A stretch of DNA of 64,000 nt. It comes from an uncultured Gammaproteobacteria bacterium (GTDB lineage: Bacteria; Patescibacteriota; Microgenomatia; UBA12405). The stretch covers positions 863 to 64,862 of the forward strand of contig CAZJUH010000001.1 in NCBI GenBank assembly GCA_964549165.1. Reading direction: 5' to 3'. The translations under genes were made by a program, and so were the position numbers. Below the pieces are notes generated by a model that ran no database searches, was not told the DNA's origin, and saw nothing but the letters and a program-made list of their open reading frames with translations. Below, one piece after another: positions 9,231-19,554 of the stretch (positions are counted from its first letter, which is position 1; each line of letters begins with the position of its first letter).

Positions 9231-9602
9231 ATGTCTTCAATCAAAAACAAGCTTCAATTTGCCCTCTTAGCCATTCCCGCCTTTGCCGCAGAGACAATTG
9301 ATCTCGCTCCAAAAGATAATTTTGCCGGTTTAGCTGATTTAAGTTTTAGTGGTATTATTTCCGGAGCCGTCTCCCTAATTCTTTTAGTGGTCGCTCTAGT
9401 TTTCTTTTTTATCCTTATCACAGGCGGTTTAAAATGGGTTATGTCCGGTGGTGACCAAAAAAATGTCGAGGCGGCTCGCAATCAAATCACCAACGCTCTT
9501 ATTGGCCTGGCCATTGTCTTTGCTACTTTCGCCATTATGAAATTAATTGAAACCCTTTTTGGCATCACCATCCTCAGTAATCTTACTATCAAGCCTTTTT
9601 AA
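9231..9602 (+). CDS. T4SS-type pilin 5 (possible major pilin)
   Basis: GGLKWVMSGGDQKNVEAARNQITNALIGLAIVF; signal-like PAFA; followed by terminator. Confidence 0.8.
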   Translation: MSSIKNKLQFALLAIPAFAAETIDLAPKDNFAGLADLSFSGIISGAVSLILLVVALVFFFILITGGLKWVMSGGDQKNVEAARNQITNALIGLAIVFATFAIMKLIETLFGITILSNLTIKPF

Positions 9603-9622
9603 GAAAATTCGAATTAAATCCC

Positions 9623-9653
9623 AAACCCCCCGAAATAACATCGGGGGGTTTTT
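9623..9653 (+). terminator. Rho-independent terminator
   Basis: aaaccccccga-aataaca-tcggggggttt followed by T run. Confidence 0.8.
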
Positions 9654-9669
9654 AAGTTATAATTAACTC

Positions 9670-10092
9670 ATGAAATCTATTTTCACTTTTTTTCTTTGTC
9701 TCGCCATAGCTTCTTGCATCGGCGTATCCATTCTGTCTTCTCCTGTTTTTGCCCAAACAACCAAGCCCTGGACTGGTCGCTGTGTCCAGACTTTCAACGT
9801 TAACGGAAAAATTATTGATGATGTTGCCACTATTCAGGGCTTTGAATGTCTTTTTTACAATGTTCTCCAGGTTATTGTCACCATCGCTGGTCTAGCTTTT
9901 CTCTTTATGTTTATCAGCGGTGGCTATAAATATCTCTTTAGCGGTAGTGAACCAAAGGCGGTCGCCGCCGCCTCTTCTGCCATCACCAGTGCTTTTATCG
10001 GTCTCATTGGTGTAATCGCTTCTTGGCTTATTATAAAATTAATTCAGGATTTCACCGGCATCAACGTTACCATATTTAAAATTCCCGGCTAA
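9670..10092 (+). CDS. T4SS-type pilin 6 with signal peptide
   Basis: SPVFAQ; GGYKYLFSGSEPKAVAAASSAITSAFIGL. Confidence 0.75.
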   Translation: MKSIFTFFLCLAIASCIGVSILSSPVFAQTTKPWTGRCVQTFNVNGKIIDDVATIQGFECLFYNVLQVIVTIAGLAFLFMFISGGYKYLFSGSEPKAVAAASSAITSAFIGLIGVIASWLIIKLIQDFTGINVTIFKIPG

Positions 10093-10095
10093 ATA

Positions 10096-11541
10096 GTGAA
10101 AAAAAATAGCTTATTATTATTCTTTTGTTTTTTCTTTTTATCTGTCACCCCTTCTCGTGCCTTCGATCTTCTCAATTTTCTTTTTCCCTCAGTTCAAATG
10201 GAGAACAGTACCCGCTCCGCTCCCGATCCTGCATTAGCGCCAGAAGTTCCGAGCAACAACACCTATTCCAATACCCTAAAAAACGACATCATTATCTGTA
10301 GTGGTAATGGCGCCGCTGGTAATAGTTGGTCAAAAGAGGACCACAAAACTACGGTAACTAAGGTAGATTCGAATGGCAATCCTTATACAGAAAATCTGTA
10401 TCTAGATTACAATGCCGAGAACCTAGGTGGAGAAATTGATTTAAAAAACCTATCTAACGAATATTATCGTAATTTTCAATCTTTTTTTGCTCGTGGCAGC
10501 ATTAAGTGTACCGAAGAAAAGGCAAAAAATAGTTTTCTTTCTCTTGAAATGAATGGCACCAGTGCTTCTCTACGTTCTTTGCCCACCAGCCAAATTAATT
10601 ATTATCGCAGTCTATTTTTAACTGAAGCCGCCCTGTCTCTAAATAACAGTGATCAATTAGATACCGTTACACAGGATTACCAAATCGCCTGGGACTGTCA
10701 GGGCACCTGTATCGAAATGTCTCAAGATAAATCAAAATTAGCTTCTTCCTGCCGTCCTGTCTATCTTAGTGAAATTATTTTCGGTCTCCAAAACGAAGCC
10801 CTTTATTACCGAAATCCCACCTCAGAACCAGAATCTTTTCCCTCGGCGCTCCTCACTCCAATTTTAAGCCATTATAGCGGTAGCTGTGGCACTTATGGTT
10901 GTTATTCAACCAGGTCTAAAGGCAAAAGTTTTGTTCCCCTTGCTAAAGAGGACTATCTTCTTTTTTACAAACAACTAAATTATATTCCCAAAGGAAACGT
11001 CAATAGTCGTGTTACCGTTACCAACTATAAAGGTTTTGATATTAACGGAGATCGTCCTATTGATCCCGTCGAGACAACCGATGATCGTACTTTACCAAAC
11101 GCCGCCGCTGCCTATTCTCCTCACTCCACCACCCTAAGTTTTGTTAATCCAAGCCTTCAAAAACCACTTGAAAATACCGATATGTGTCAAAACAGTGAGG
11201 TCAGCCATTTGACCTCTCGAGATAAGCCTGAATTTAATAATATTCCCACTTTCGTTGAGGGAATAATCGCATTTGTCGAAGCAGCTTTTGATTTTAGTAA
11301 AAGTGTCCCCATTCCCGTCAGTACCACCTACGATAAAAAAATTGTTGATAATGTGAAAGTAAGTGAACAAGCTTTTTTCAACATGATTCCTTCCGAATCT
11401 CTGGAAAAGAAAAAATTATTAGAAGAAAGTTTTTCCAGTAAAACTCCTTCTAACGACGATGCCAATGTTGTTGATCCTGGATACCGTTCTGATCTCCTTT
11501 ATCAAGAAATGCGTTCCCTGCTTCGCCCCTCATCTTGGTAA
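10096..11541 (+). CDS. Secreted Cys-containing hypothetical protein
   Basis: Signal peptide (PSRA/FD); co-oriented with pilins; no recognised domain. Confidence 0.6.
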   Translation: MKKNSLLLFFCFFFLSVTPSRAFDLLNFLFPSVQMENSTRSAPDPALAPEVPSNNTYSNTLKNDIIICSGNGAAGNSWSKEDHKTTVTKVDSNGNPYTENLYLDYNAENLGGEIDLKNLSNEYYRNFQSFFARGSIKCTEEKAKNSFLSLEMNGTSASLRSLPTSQINYYRSLFLTEAALSLNNSDQLDTVTQDYQIAWDCQGTCIEMSQDKSKLASSCRPVYLSEIIFGLQNEALYYRNPTSEPESFPSALLTPILSHYSGSCGTYGCYSTRSKGKSFVPLAKEDYLLFYKQLNYIPKGNVNSRVTVTNYKGFDINGDRPIDPVETTDDRTLPNAAAAYSPHSTTLSFVNPSLQKPLENTDMCQNSEVSHLTSRDKPEFNNIPTFVEGIIAFVEAAFDFSKSVPIPVSTTYDKKIVDNVKVSEQAFFNMIPSESLEKKKLLEESFSSKTPSNDDANVVDPGYRSDLLYQEMRSLLRPSSW

Positions 11542-11560
11542 TATTTTGCTACAATAAATT

Positions 11561-13132
11561 ATGGCCAATAATTTTCTAAAGAAAATTTTATTTTTAACCC
11601 TCTTCTTTTCTTTGATAATCCTCCCCTCCAAGGCCTTTGCTCAAGAAGCCCCCACCACCTCAACTAATCTTTTTTCTCAAAAACAAAAGGCCATTAAAAA
11701 TAATACCGGTCTCGAATCCTGGACCAACGAAGCCATGAGCAGCAACATGGTTTCCCTCTTTGTTGGTATAAATGGCACCGTCCCCGAGGAAGTACTCAAT
11801 GACGAAGCCAACTTCGACACTACCTATGTTCCTGGAGGAGCTATAGGTCAACTCAATAATGCTATTGTTGCTCTTCATCAGCCACCGGCCTCAGGAATTG
11901 AATATCTTGCCCAAATGAAAGATGCTTTTCTTGGCAAACCTGCTTATGCCCAGAATGGCACTCTTCAAAAACTGCAGTTCATTTTACCCCTTTGGCGCAT
12001 CTTTAGAAATGTAGTTTACGTTCTTTCTACTATTATGTTTATTGTCATTGGGATGATGATTATGCTCCGAGTAAAAGTTAGTCCCCAAGCTGTCATTACC
12101 GTTCAAAGCGCTATTCCTCGAATTATTACCGTTTTGATTTTGGTTACTTTTTCTTATGCCATTGCCGGACTAGTCTTAGATCTTTGTAACTTTCTCCAGG
12201 CTATTACTATTTCTTTACTTTTTTCCGTCCAAAATAAAGGACTTTCCGAGCAATTGTTTGAAAATACAAATTGGTATTCTACCTTTCTTACCAATCTTGG
12301 AGAATGGATAAAAAATATTTTTAGAACAGATCCAGATTTCGGTTATTTATCGCTTGTCAACATGAACTCAAGAACTTTCAGAAACTTGTCTGCAAGAATC
12401 TCGCCAAATGTCGTTACGGGTAATTATTTAGGGGTATTCATTGGAAGAGTTACTGGTGTTGGTGCCCTACTGGGTGGTGTTGGTGGTGTCTTATTACCCT
12501 TATTAATTTCCATTATGAAATTCTTCTGGTTATTTAAATTGTTTTTTGGTTTACTAAAGTGCTACGCCACTTTGCTTTTAAAGATAATCCTTGCCCCTCT
12601 CGAAATTGCCATGGGAGCTTTTCCAAACTCTAAAATGAATTTTTCTTCTTGGATTACTGATTTTGCCGCCAATGCTCTTGTTTTCCCTGTGGTTGCCATA
12701 TTTTTAGTTATAGTCAACGTCATTATCGACGTTTTTATCGCTGGGACAAGGGGTACCAGCCAAGCATTTTGGATGCCCGGCTTAATCGACGCCACCAGTC
12801 TATTTAAAACTAATCAAGATCAAGCCTATGTTGCCATTGCCACTGGCCTCGGTCTCATCGCCCTCTCTCTTTTAAGTAAACTACCGGAAATGATCCCTGT
12901 TATGATTAAGGAAATGAAAGGTCCCGATTTTGGTAAAGCCATCGGCGAAAGTCTTAAGGGAATAGGTAACAATCCTGTCACTGGATTCGCCAAATCCATT
13001 GGCGGTGAAGCCCTTGAAAAAAGGTTTATTAATTCAGAATTTGGAAAAAGCCTAACTAAAGCGACAACTAGACCGGCTTCTGTAAAAAAAGGTACTGCAA
13101 CTGAACCCACCCAACCAACAACCAAACAGTAA
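11561..13132 (+). CDS. Polytopic membrane protein, VirB6/TrbL-like CPR family
   Basis: LWRIFRNVVY..GMMIMLR...LILVTFSYAIAGLVLD, KIILAPL, multiple TMs, adjacent to pilins. Confidence 0.55.
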   Translation: MANNFLKKILFLTLFFSLIILPSKAFAQEAPTTSTNLFSQKQKAIKNNTGLESWTNEAMSSNMVSLFVGINGTVPEEVLNDEANFDTTYVPGGAIGQLNNAIVALHQPPASGIEYLAQMKDAFLGKPAYAQNGTLQKLQFILPLWRIFRNVVYVLSTIMFIVIGMMIMLRVKVSPQAVITVQSAIPRIITVLILVTFSYAIAGLVLDLCNFLQAITISLLFSVQNKGLSEQLFENTNWYSTFLTNLGEWIKNIFRTDPDFGYLSLVNMNSRTFRNLSARISPNVVTGNYLGVFIGRVTGVGALLGGVGGVLLPLLISIMKFFWLFKLFFGLLKCYATLLLKIILAPLEIAMGAFPNSKMNFSSWITDFAANALVFPVVAIFLVIVNVIIDVFIAGTRGTSQAFWMPGLIDATSLFKTNQDQAYVAIATGLGLIALSLLSKLPEMIPVMIKEMKGPDFGKAIGESLKGIGNNPVTGFAKSIGGEALEKRFINSEFGKSLTKATTRPASVKKGTATEPTQPTTKQ

Positions 13133-13169
13133 CCCATAACATCTGACTTAACTCACGGTATTCACCTTG

Positions 13170-15650
13170 TTATTTTGTCACCGCTTTTATTACTTGTCTG
13201 GCTACCTCTGCCACAAAATCCTCTTCTTCTGTCTCCATCTCTCTCTTCAGAATCTTTCTTGAGGCAACTGCATCAGAAATACCCTTCTTATATGCCTCAT
13301 ATATATTATTCCACTGGCTTCTTTTCAAGAAACTAGCCTTTATCTCTACACCCTTGTCATCCCTCAACACCATCTCCCTTACCAAAATTGTTCCCAATTG
13401 CCTAAACTGTGTAACACTCATACCAAGTTCTGGACGTGACGCAGATAAATGAGCAATACCCTCAACCACAATTTCTCTTAATCTAAATTCTTTCCTATAT
13501 GCCAAAATCTTTTTCTCGACACTATAAGCCTTCATTGCCTTCTCATACGCGTCCATGGTCGCCCTTGAAGAATTTTTTGGTGGTCTGTCAGGTTTCACAG
13601 GCATTGACATAATTCCTGATCTTGACATGTCAACCGACCCGTCTTGGGACAACAAAACTATGTCTAATATCTCGTTTCCACTACTATCTCTCAACACTGG
13701 TCCAGGTATATCAATAGTAATAGCACTAGAACCGGATCCCAATACCTCTTTTCCGGGAGAAGACCCTCTTTTTGCATCTACAATCACACTTGGATACTTT
13801 GCAACTTTATTTATTTGATCATACAAGCCCTTCCAGAAAGGGTTAGACAAAACTGCTTTCAAATCAACACCCTCCTCCATTACCGTCTGTTGATATGGAA
13901 CCGTCTTTTTCATTAATATTGCCGTATAGTAATAATATTCACTACCTTTTGGTTCTCTCATTTTGTCAAAATCAATTTCCTTACAATGAATCGGACCAAT
14001 AGCATCCTCGTCACTAATTGCCCTCAACCAAGTTGGAGTCAAACTTACCAGTGATTTCATTGCTCTTCTCGAACCGATTGTTTTTCCTTTTGATTTACGA
14101 TCATATATATTTGCTTCAGTCAAAATCAACTCTGCCAAATCATTGTGGCCAGCAAAAGCTGCATTCATAGTTGCATCTTCACCCGTTGCCACAATCAGTT
14201 TATCTGCTAATTCAATACCCTTACTTAGCAAAGACTTATCACCGGCCATTTGCGACACTAAATATTTCCTAACAATCTGTTTACGAACATCATCTGAGTC
14301 ATATTGATAATTACTTTTTTCATTCCTAAAAAACATTGACCCCTCGTTTAACGAATCACTACTTACCTTACCAAATTTTTTTGAAAGATATTCCGTAGGA
14401 TCATCTATTCCGTTCTTTTCCCAAAAACTTGTATCCGCCAACAATTCATTTATAAAAGTTGCATTGCTTGGATTTAAGATATTATCCACTATTTTCTTAT
14501 AACTACCACCATAATTTATGTCCATTAATTCGTCCCAAAAATGTCCAACCTCCATCCCATTCGCCCCATCTCTCAAGAAAAAAGTCATATCGAACATCGA
14601 TAATTCCGACTTATCATCATACGCCCTCTGTAAGGCGTTTGGAATAGAACCCTGTATCTTTGAATCCATGAAACCACCTGCTCCATACATTAAAGGATAA
14701 AGATAATGTAAATGCAGTCTAGCGTTTATTTCACGCTTAACCTCAGGAGACACTATTTCACTTGAAGACAGGTTGATCAACATTGTACTTTCCCTTGAAA
14801 CCAACAAATCTCCAAATCTCAACCCAGAGTCTTCAATATAATCCAAAGCACCTCTAGCTATTTTCAACTGTGATTTCTCATCTTCCGGTATTACCACTCT
14901 TTCAGCGCTCTCTGCCAACTCTTTTGCTCCTCCAGCAATTGACGATAAATAAGTTATTAACATTTTTGCTTCTGATTTTGGTTTACTCTCCCAGTCGTCT
15001 TCTTCAGGCCATTCCCTTATTACCACCCTTACTATCTCCGCAACTTTTTGGCTGTAATAGGCTGGATCATTATCCCTTAAGTTTCCCCCCAATTCCATCT
15101 GAATCATATCCAACACATTAATCAATTTAGAATCGGTTACCCCCGAATCCAACAAACACTGACCTAAACCCCTTAGTTCTGTTTTTAGACCTAAAAAGTT
15201 ATCAACTTTATCCGCAGTAGTCTCCTTGTCCTTCATTAACTCTTTAAATGTTTTATCAACCTTAAAACCGTTTCCCCACATCGAACCAATAGCTACTCCG
15301 TCAACTAAATCTAAATACATTTGCCTCAATCTAAGGTATTCGGACCTAACCATCTCATTAGGAAACTCTCTTCCTAACTCATCTTTTGACATCTCAGGCC
15401 CGCCGGCTGTTCGCTTCAACTCCTCAAAATTTGTAAACTTGAAAAGATGGTCTGGAGAGGTTTCTGGAACAAATAAATCATTTACCAAGCTTCTCTTCTC
15501 ATCAACATCAACATTTGACACAATACCTCGCACCCCTTCAGATATCTTTAATGCCGCCGGAGTTGGATTTAATTCAGTATAATCAATCGGTCCCTTAAGC
15601 TCACGATTTTTATACAAAACAGCTTCTTTCAACACCACTCTCTCGTTCAT
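13170..15650 (-). CDS. Large hypothetical protein (start at ATG 15650 likely)
   Basis: Long ORF (826 aa), TATAAT 6 nt upstream of ATG; no recognised motif. Confidence 0.6.
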   Translation of the reverse strand: MNERVVLKEAVLYKNRELKGPIDYTELNPTPAALKISEGVRGIVSNVDVDEKRSLVNDLFVPETSPDHLFKFTNFEELKRTAGGPEMSKDELGREFPNEMVRSEYLRLRQMYLDLVDGVAIGSMWGNGFKVDKTFKELMKDKETTADKVDNFLGLKTELRGLGQCLLDSGVTDSKLINVLDMIQMELGGNLRDNDPAYYSQKVAEIVRVVIREWPEEDDWESKPKSEAKMLITYLSSIAGGAKELAESAERVVIPEDEKSQLKIARGALDYIEDSGLRFGDLLVSRESTMLINLSSSEIVSPEVKREINARLHLHYLYPLMYGAGGFMDSKIQGSIPNALQRAYDDKSELSMFDMTFFLRDGANGMEVGHFWDELMDINYGGSYKKIVDNILNPSNATFINELLADTSFWEKNGIDDPTEYLSKKFGKVSSDSLNEGSMFFRNEKSNYQYDSDDVRKQIVRKYLVSQMAGDKSLLSKGIELADKLIVATGEDATMNAAFAGHNDLAELILTEANIYDRKSKGKTIGSRRAMKSLVSLTPTWLRAISDEDAIGPIHCKEIDFDKMREPKGSEYYYYTAILMKKTVPYQQTVMEEGVDLKAVLSNPFWKGLYDQINKVAKYPSVIVDAKRGSSPGKEVLGSGSSAITIDIPGPVLRDSSGNEILDIVLLSQDGSVDMSRSGIMSMPVKPDRPPKNSSRATMDAYEKAMKAYSVEKKILAYRKEFRLREIVVEGIAHLSASRPELGMSVTQFRQLGTILVREMVLRDDKGVEIKASFLKRSQWNNIYEAYKKGISDAVASRKILKREMETEEEDFVAEVARQVIKAVTK

Positions 15651-15737
15651 GCCCAAATTATAACATCTCAGAACCTATAATCATACAATTTCATTGTATC
15701 CCTTGTTTATTTTTTCCTACCCATTGATAATTATCTA

Positions 15738-17381
15738 ATGTCCTCCATCGAATCTATCGATCTCCACGTCCGCACCTACCGCTCTGCCCTCAAGAGCAAT
15801 CTCGAAGTAACCATTCACTCTCTCACTGCTTCTTACCTAAAAATCGATTCAATTCTTCACCCTCTTGCCCGTGACCCCACCGCCATCGATCCCTCCGCCA
15901 TCGTCTATTCCCTCCTCCGTCTCCCCAAAATTATCGATCAATGCAAGCTCGTCATCATGGCCCAAAATCCCCAAGTTTTTATCGATTCCGGCTTTCCCGA
16001 TATCACTAAATGGAAAAAAGTCTCCACCACCGCCCGCCGCCGGACACGCTTTTTTGACCCAAAAACCGGCACTTGTGCCTCCTGCATCAGTTCCGTCACC
16101 GACGTTGACGACATCGTCAACCTTCTCATTGCCTATCAAATCGAATGGAACAAATTCCATCAAATCGTCATCGCCACCTACCCCGAATATCCTCTCTTCA
16201 AAAAGGCCCTCGACACCCCTGATTTTTTAAAATTAATTAAAGTTTTACCGGAGGATTGGCAAAATATAAAAACCGCTCTTGGCAAAAATTGGCGCCTTCG
16301 CCTCAAAAGAATCTATCATCGTCCCCAAAATTTTCGCCTCCGTCTTTTGGCCGGTTCCTGGATTGCCTACACCAAAACCACCCAACGTTGGTGGAAAAAC
16401 ATCGCTTTCAACGTCTCCGAAGATTTTCACCTTTCCCATCAGCACATCTATTTTGTCAGCAGCAACTCCCACTCCCTTCTCAATCTTATTACCGGTTTTG
16501 CCCTAAAATCCGAGAAAAAACTCCAAAAAATCGCCCCTAAAAATTGCAACGACCTTTGCCCCTACATCCCGCCCCAGGATCTTCTTTATTACCTCTCTAA
16601 ATTTTTTAACACCGATAAAAAATACCAAAGTGAATGGCAAAAAATCCAGGAACGTTTAGGTATTATTACCGTTCCCTCCGCCAATTATCTCGACATCAAT
16701 ACTCAAATTTTTCCTATCAAATCTTTTTCCAAATCAAAATTTCTCGACCCCCGTCTGAAAATTAGTAAACCTACCAAAATTGCCAAAAGTGACGCCTTAA
16801 TCTTCAATATCGACTACCCTCTCGGTTTTGCCGCTTATCACGTTCTCAGTGGAGTGTTGGAAAACGTCGCTTCCGTCAAAGGTGTCTACATTCTTGGCAA
16901 GGCTGCTGTTCTCAATTCCGAAGTCGGCGACCTTCAAGTTCCCCGTCTCATTTTCGATGAACATTCCAGTAATTCTTACTTTTTTAAAAATTGTTTCAAC
17001 ACCTCTTTCCCTTTTAATAATTCCCAGGGTTCCATTCTTACCAACCAAAAATCAGTCACCGTCTTTGGCACTTTTTTAGAAAATGAAGCCCTCCTAAAAA
17101 AATATTTTCAAAATAACCTCACCGTCATCGAAATGGAAAATGGTCCCTATTTATCTGCCATTTCCGAAGCCACGTACGATCAACAGGCTCCTCGCGGCAC
17201 CATGGTCGATCTAAATTCCGCACCTTTTGATATTGGCATCATCAACTATACCTCCGATACTCCCTATTCCAAGGCAAAAAATCTCGGTGCTGGTTCTCTC
17301 AATCTCGCCGGCGTCGAACCTGTTTATTTAGGCTCACTGGCCATTCTACAACGAATAATAAACTTAGAAGAGGAAAAATAG
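15738..17381 (+). CDS. Conserved hypothetical protein with C-terminal nucleoside-phosphorylase-like motifs
   Basis: YILGKAAVLN..VGDL, VIEMENGP, NYTSD resemble PNP/AMP-nucleosidase fold. Confidence 0.5.
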   Translation: MSSIESIDLHVRTYRSALKSNLEVTIHSLTASYLKIDSILHPLARDPTAIDPSAIVYSLLRLPKIIDQCKLVIMAQNPQVFIDSGFPDITKWKKVSTTARRRTRFFDPKTGTCASCISSVTDVDDIVNLLIAYQIEWNKFHQIVIATYPEYPLFKKALDTPDFLKLIKVLPEDWQNIKTALGKNWRLRLKRIYHRPQNFRLRLLAGSWIAYTKTTQRWWKNIAFNVSEDFHLSHQHIYFVSSNSHSLLNLITGFALKSEKKLQKIAPKNCNDLCPYIPPQDLLYYLSKFFNTDKKYQSEWQKIQERLGIITVPSANYLDINTQIFPIKSFSKSKFLDPRLKISKPTKIAKSDALIFNIDYPLGFAAYHVLSGVLENVASVKGVYILGKAAVLNSEVGDLQVPRLIFDEHSSNSYFFKNCFNTSFPFNNSQGSILTNQKSVTVFGTFLENEALLKKYFQNNLTVIEMENGPYLSAISEATYDQQAPRGTMVDLNSAPFDIGIINYTSDTPYSKAKNLGAGSLNLAGVEPVYLGSLAILQRIINLEEEK

Positions 17382-17383
17382 AT

Positions 17384-17466
17384 TTGCGAAGATATATATT
17401 TTTAGGAGCGGAAGATCTGAGCTTAATAGCGAAGGGTTGAGCACCGCAAAAATATATATCGAGCAA
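17384..17466. repeat. Long intergenic hairpin element between convergent genes
   Basis: ttgc-gaa-gatatatattttt ... aaaaatatatatc-ga-gcaa. Confidence 0.75.
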
Positions 17467-17474
17467 TTTAAAAT

Positions 17475-19505
17475 CTATTTTTTCATCAGCTCCTCAAATT
17501 CCTTGTCATCAAGACTCTCTTTCTCAACTAGTACTTTCGCCAGTTCATCAAGTTTATTTCTGTTCTTCTTTAATAGTTCTTCTGCTCGAAGCAGTGCTGT
17601 ATTTACTAGCTTTTTAATTTCTTCATCAACCCTTCCTTGCATTCCATCAGAAATTTTACTCGGCTCCATCCAGGCTTTACCAAAATCATCAGTGTCAATT
17701 TGTGGTCCCCAGTTTATTGGTCCAAGCTCCGACATTCCCCACTCTACCACCATATTTCTAGCTATGTTAGTCACATGGTTGATGTCACTACTGGCACCAG
17801 TCGTAATGTCATTAAAAACCAGCGCCTCGGCCGCTCTCCCCCCCATCGCCATCGCCATTTGTTTAATCAGTCTTGATCTAGTTTCATGAACTCTGTCCAT
17901 CTTTGGTGGAATCAGGGTAAATCCAAGTGCCATTCCCCGTGAAACGATCGAAATCCGATGAACTGGATCAAGGTCCTCAGCAAAGTTTACAATCGCGTGT
18001 CCTGCCTCATGATAAGCCGTCATCAGTTTATCCTCCTCAGTTTGGTCTCGGCGTTTTTCTGAGCCCAGCTTTACTTTCAGAGCCGCTTCTTCAATGTCCA
18101 CCATTTCAATTTCTTTTTTATTTTCTCTAGCTGCCTTTATGGCTGCCTCATTAAGCATGTTTTCAAGATCTGCTCCTGAAAAACCCACCGTTCTCCTCGC
18201 TACCGTTGTCCAATCAACTCCCTTATTATCCTTCTGTTTTGTTTTCTTCCCCTCCTTGTCAAAGGAGGGGTTAGGGGTAGATTGGCCAGCAAAAGGCTTT
18301 CCCTGAGCATGAATTTTAATTATCTCTTCTCTATCCTTAAGATCAGGCATTTCCAGCATCACTCTTCTATCAAAGCGTCCAGGTCTAAGCAGGGCTGGAT
18401 CAAGTAGATCTCCCCGATTAGTAGCCGCGAGTACTACTACAGCTGTATTAGTTTCAAATCCATCCATTTCTACCAGTATTTGATTGAGTGTTTGTTCTCT
18501 TTCGCCGTGGCCTCCGTCCATCCCTCCTCTCATTCGCCCAATCGCATCAATTTCATCAATAAAAATAATGGCCTTACCCGCCTTTTTCGCCGTACCAAAA
18601 AGATCCCTCACTCGGCTCGCCCCCACCCCTACCAGCATTTCCATAAACTCTGATCCTGCCATGCTATAAAAGGGCACATTTGCCTCTCCTGCCACTGCCC
18701 TGGCGAGCAGTGTTTTACCAACTCCTGCCGGTCCCACAAGGAGTACTCCTCTTGGAGCCCTGGCTCCCATTTTGTGATATTTTTCGGGATGTTTCAAAAA
18801 ATCGACCACTTCTTCGAGGTCTCTTTTGGCTTCTTCAACCCCCGCCACGTCTTTAAAAGTAATATTTTGTTTTCCCTTGATAAAAAGCTTCGCTGTTGAT
18901 TTTCCAAAGCCAAACATCCCTCCCCCTTGAGCTCCACTTTGTCGATTAAAAAACCATAGAATAAACAAGATTGGTATCCCAATTCCGAGCAGTGTTCCCA
19001 AAATTTCCCCAATCGCTTTCCAGCCACTTCTATTTTCTACGGTAAAACTTACTGAGGTGATATCAATTCCTTCTTTTTGCATAATGTCCGACATTGACAC
19101 ATTACTTTCTTTTGATGCTACCAGTATTTTTCCTTGTCTCGACGTAGCCTCTGGCGAAGTCGGATCTTTCATGGTTGCCAAAATTTCATTATCCATTACT
19201 GTCATTTCCTTTACCTCATTCTTTTTTATCGCCTCTATTACCGTTGATAGAGGAACTTTTGATACTTTGTCTCCTACAAGACCCGTGATCAGGGCCGAGC
19301 TAATTATGTAAAACAAAAGCAAGGTAACCAGTGTTTTCATTATCTGTCCCGGACCTATTTCAATTCTTTTTATCTTCACTCCTGGTGGCAGCTTATCTAT
19401 TATTTCCTTCGGAATTTCGCCTCGTCTCGCCGAAGCATTTTTTTGTGTAGGCGGATTTTCTTTTTTCTTAAATATTTTTTTTATTCTTTCCCACATGTCT
19501 TCCAT
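17475..19505 (-). CDS. ftsH: ATP-dependent zinc metalloprotease FtsH
   Basis: Two TMs, GPAGVGKT Walker [23 protein letters not shown]. Confidence 0.97.
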   Translation of the reverse strand: MEDMWERIKKIFKKKENPPTQKNASARRGEIPKEIIDKLPPGVKIKRIEIGPGQIMKTLVTLLLFYIISSALITGLVGDKVSKVPLSTVIEAIKKNEVKEMTVMDNEILATMKDPTSPEATSRQGKILVASKESNVSMSDIMQKEGIDITSVSFTVENRSGWKAIGEILGTLLGIGIPILFILWFFNRQSGAQGGGMFGFGKSTAKLFIKGKQNITFKDVAGVEEAKRDLEEVVDFLKHPEKYHKMGARAPRGVLLVGPAGVGKTLLARAVAGEANVPFYSMAGSEFMEMLVGVGASRVRDLFGTAKKAGKAIIFIDEIDAIGRMRGGMDGGHGEREQTLNQILVEMDGFETNTAVVVLAATNRGDLLDPALLRPGRFDRRVMLEMPDLKDREEIIKIHAQGKPFAGQSTPNPSFDKEGKKTKQKDNKGVDWTTVARRTVGFSGADLENMLNEAAIKAARENKKEIEMVDIEEAALKVKLGSEKRRDQTEEDKLMTAYHEAGHAIVNFAEDLDPVHRISIVSRGMALGFTLIPPKMDRVHETRSRLIKQMAMAMGGRAAEALVFNDITTGASSDINHVTNIARNMVVEWGMSELGPINWGPQIDTDDFGKAWMEPSKISDGMQGRVDEEIKKLVNTALLRAEELLKKNRNKLDELAKVLVEKESLDDKEFEELMKK
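18249..18283. repeat. Hairpin element family B, in frame in ftsH
   Basis: cccctccttgtcaaaggaggggttaggggtagatt; [11 protein letters not shown]. Confidence 0.85.
19132..19166. repeat. Hairpin element family C, in frame in ftsH
   Basis: ccttgtctcgacgtagcctctggcgaagtcggatc; [12 protein letters not shown]. Confidence 0.7.
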
Positions 19506-19554
19506 TATATCATCGTAAAGCTTCTCTTTTTTAGACTTTAGGCTTTAGATTTTT

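Noticed and set aside
15849-17079. Many short overlapping or antisense ORFs here and throughout the ORF track
   Set aside because: Shadows of longer well-supported genes caused by strong strand bias; no motifs
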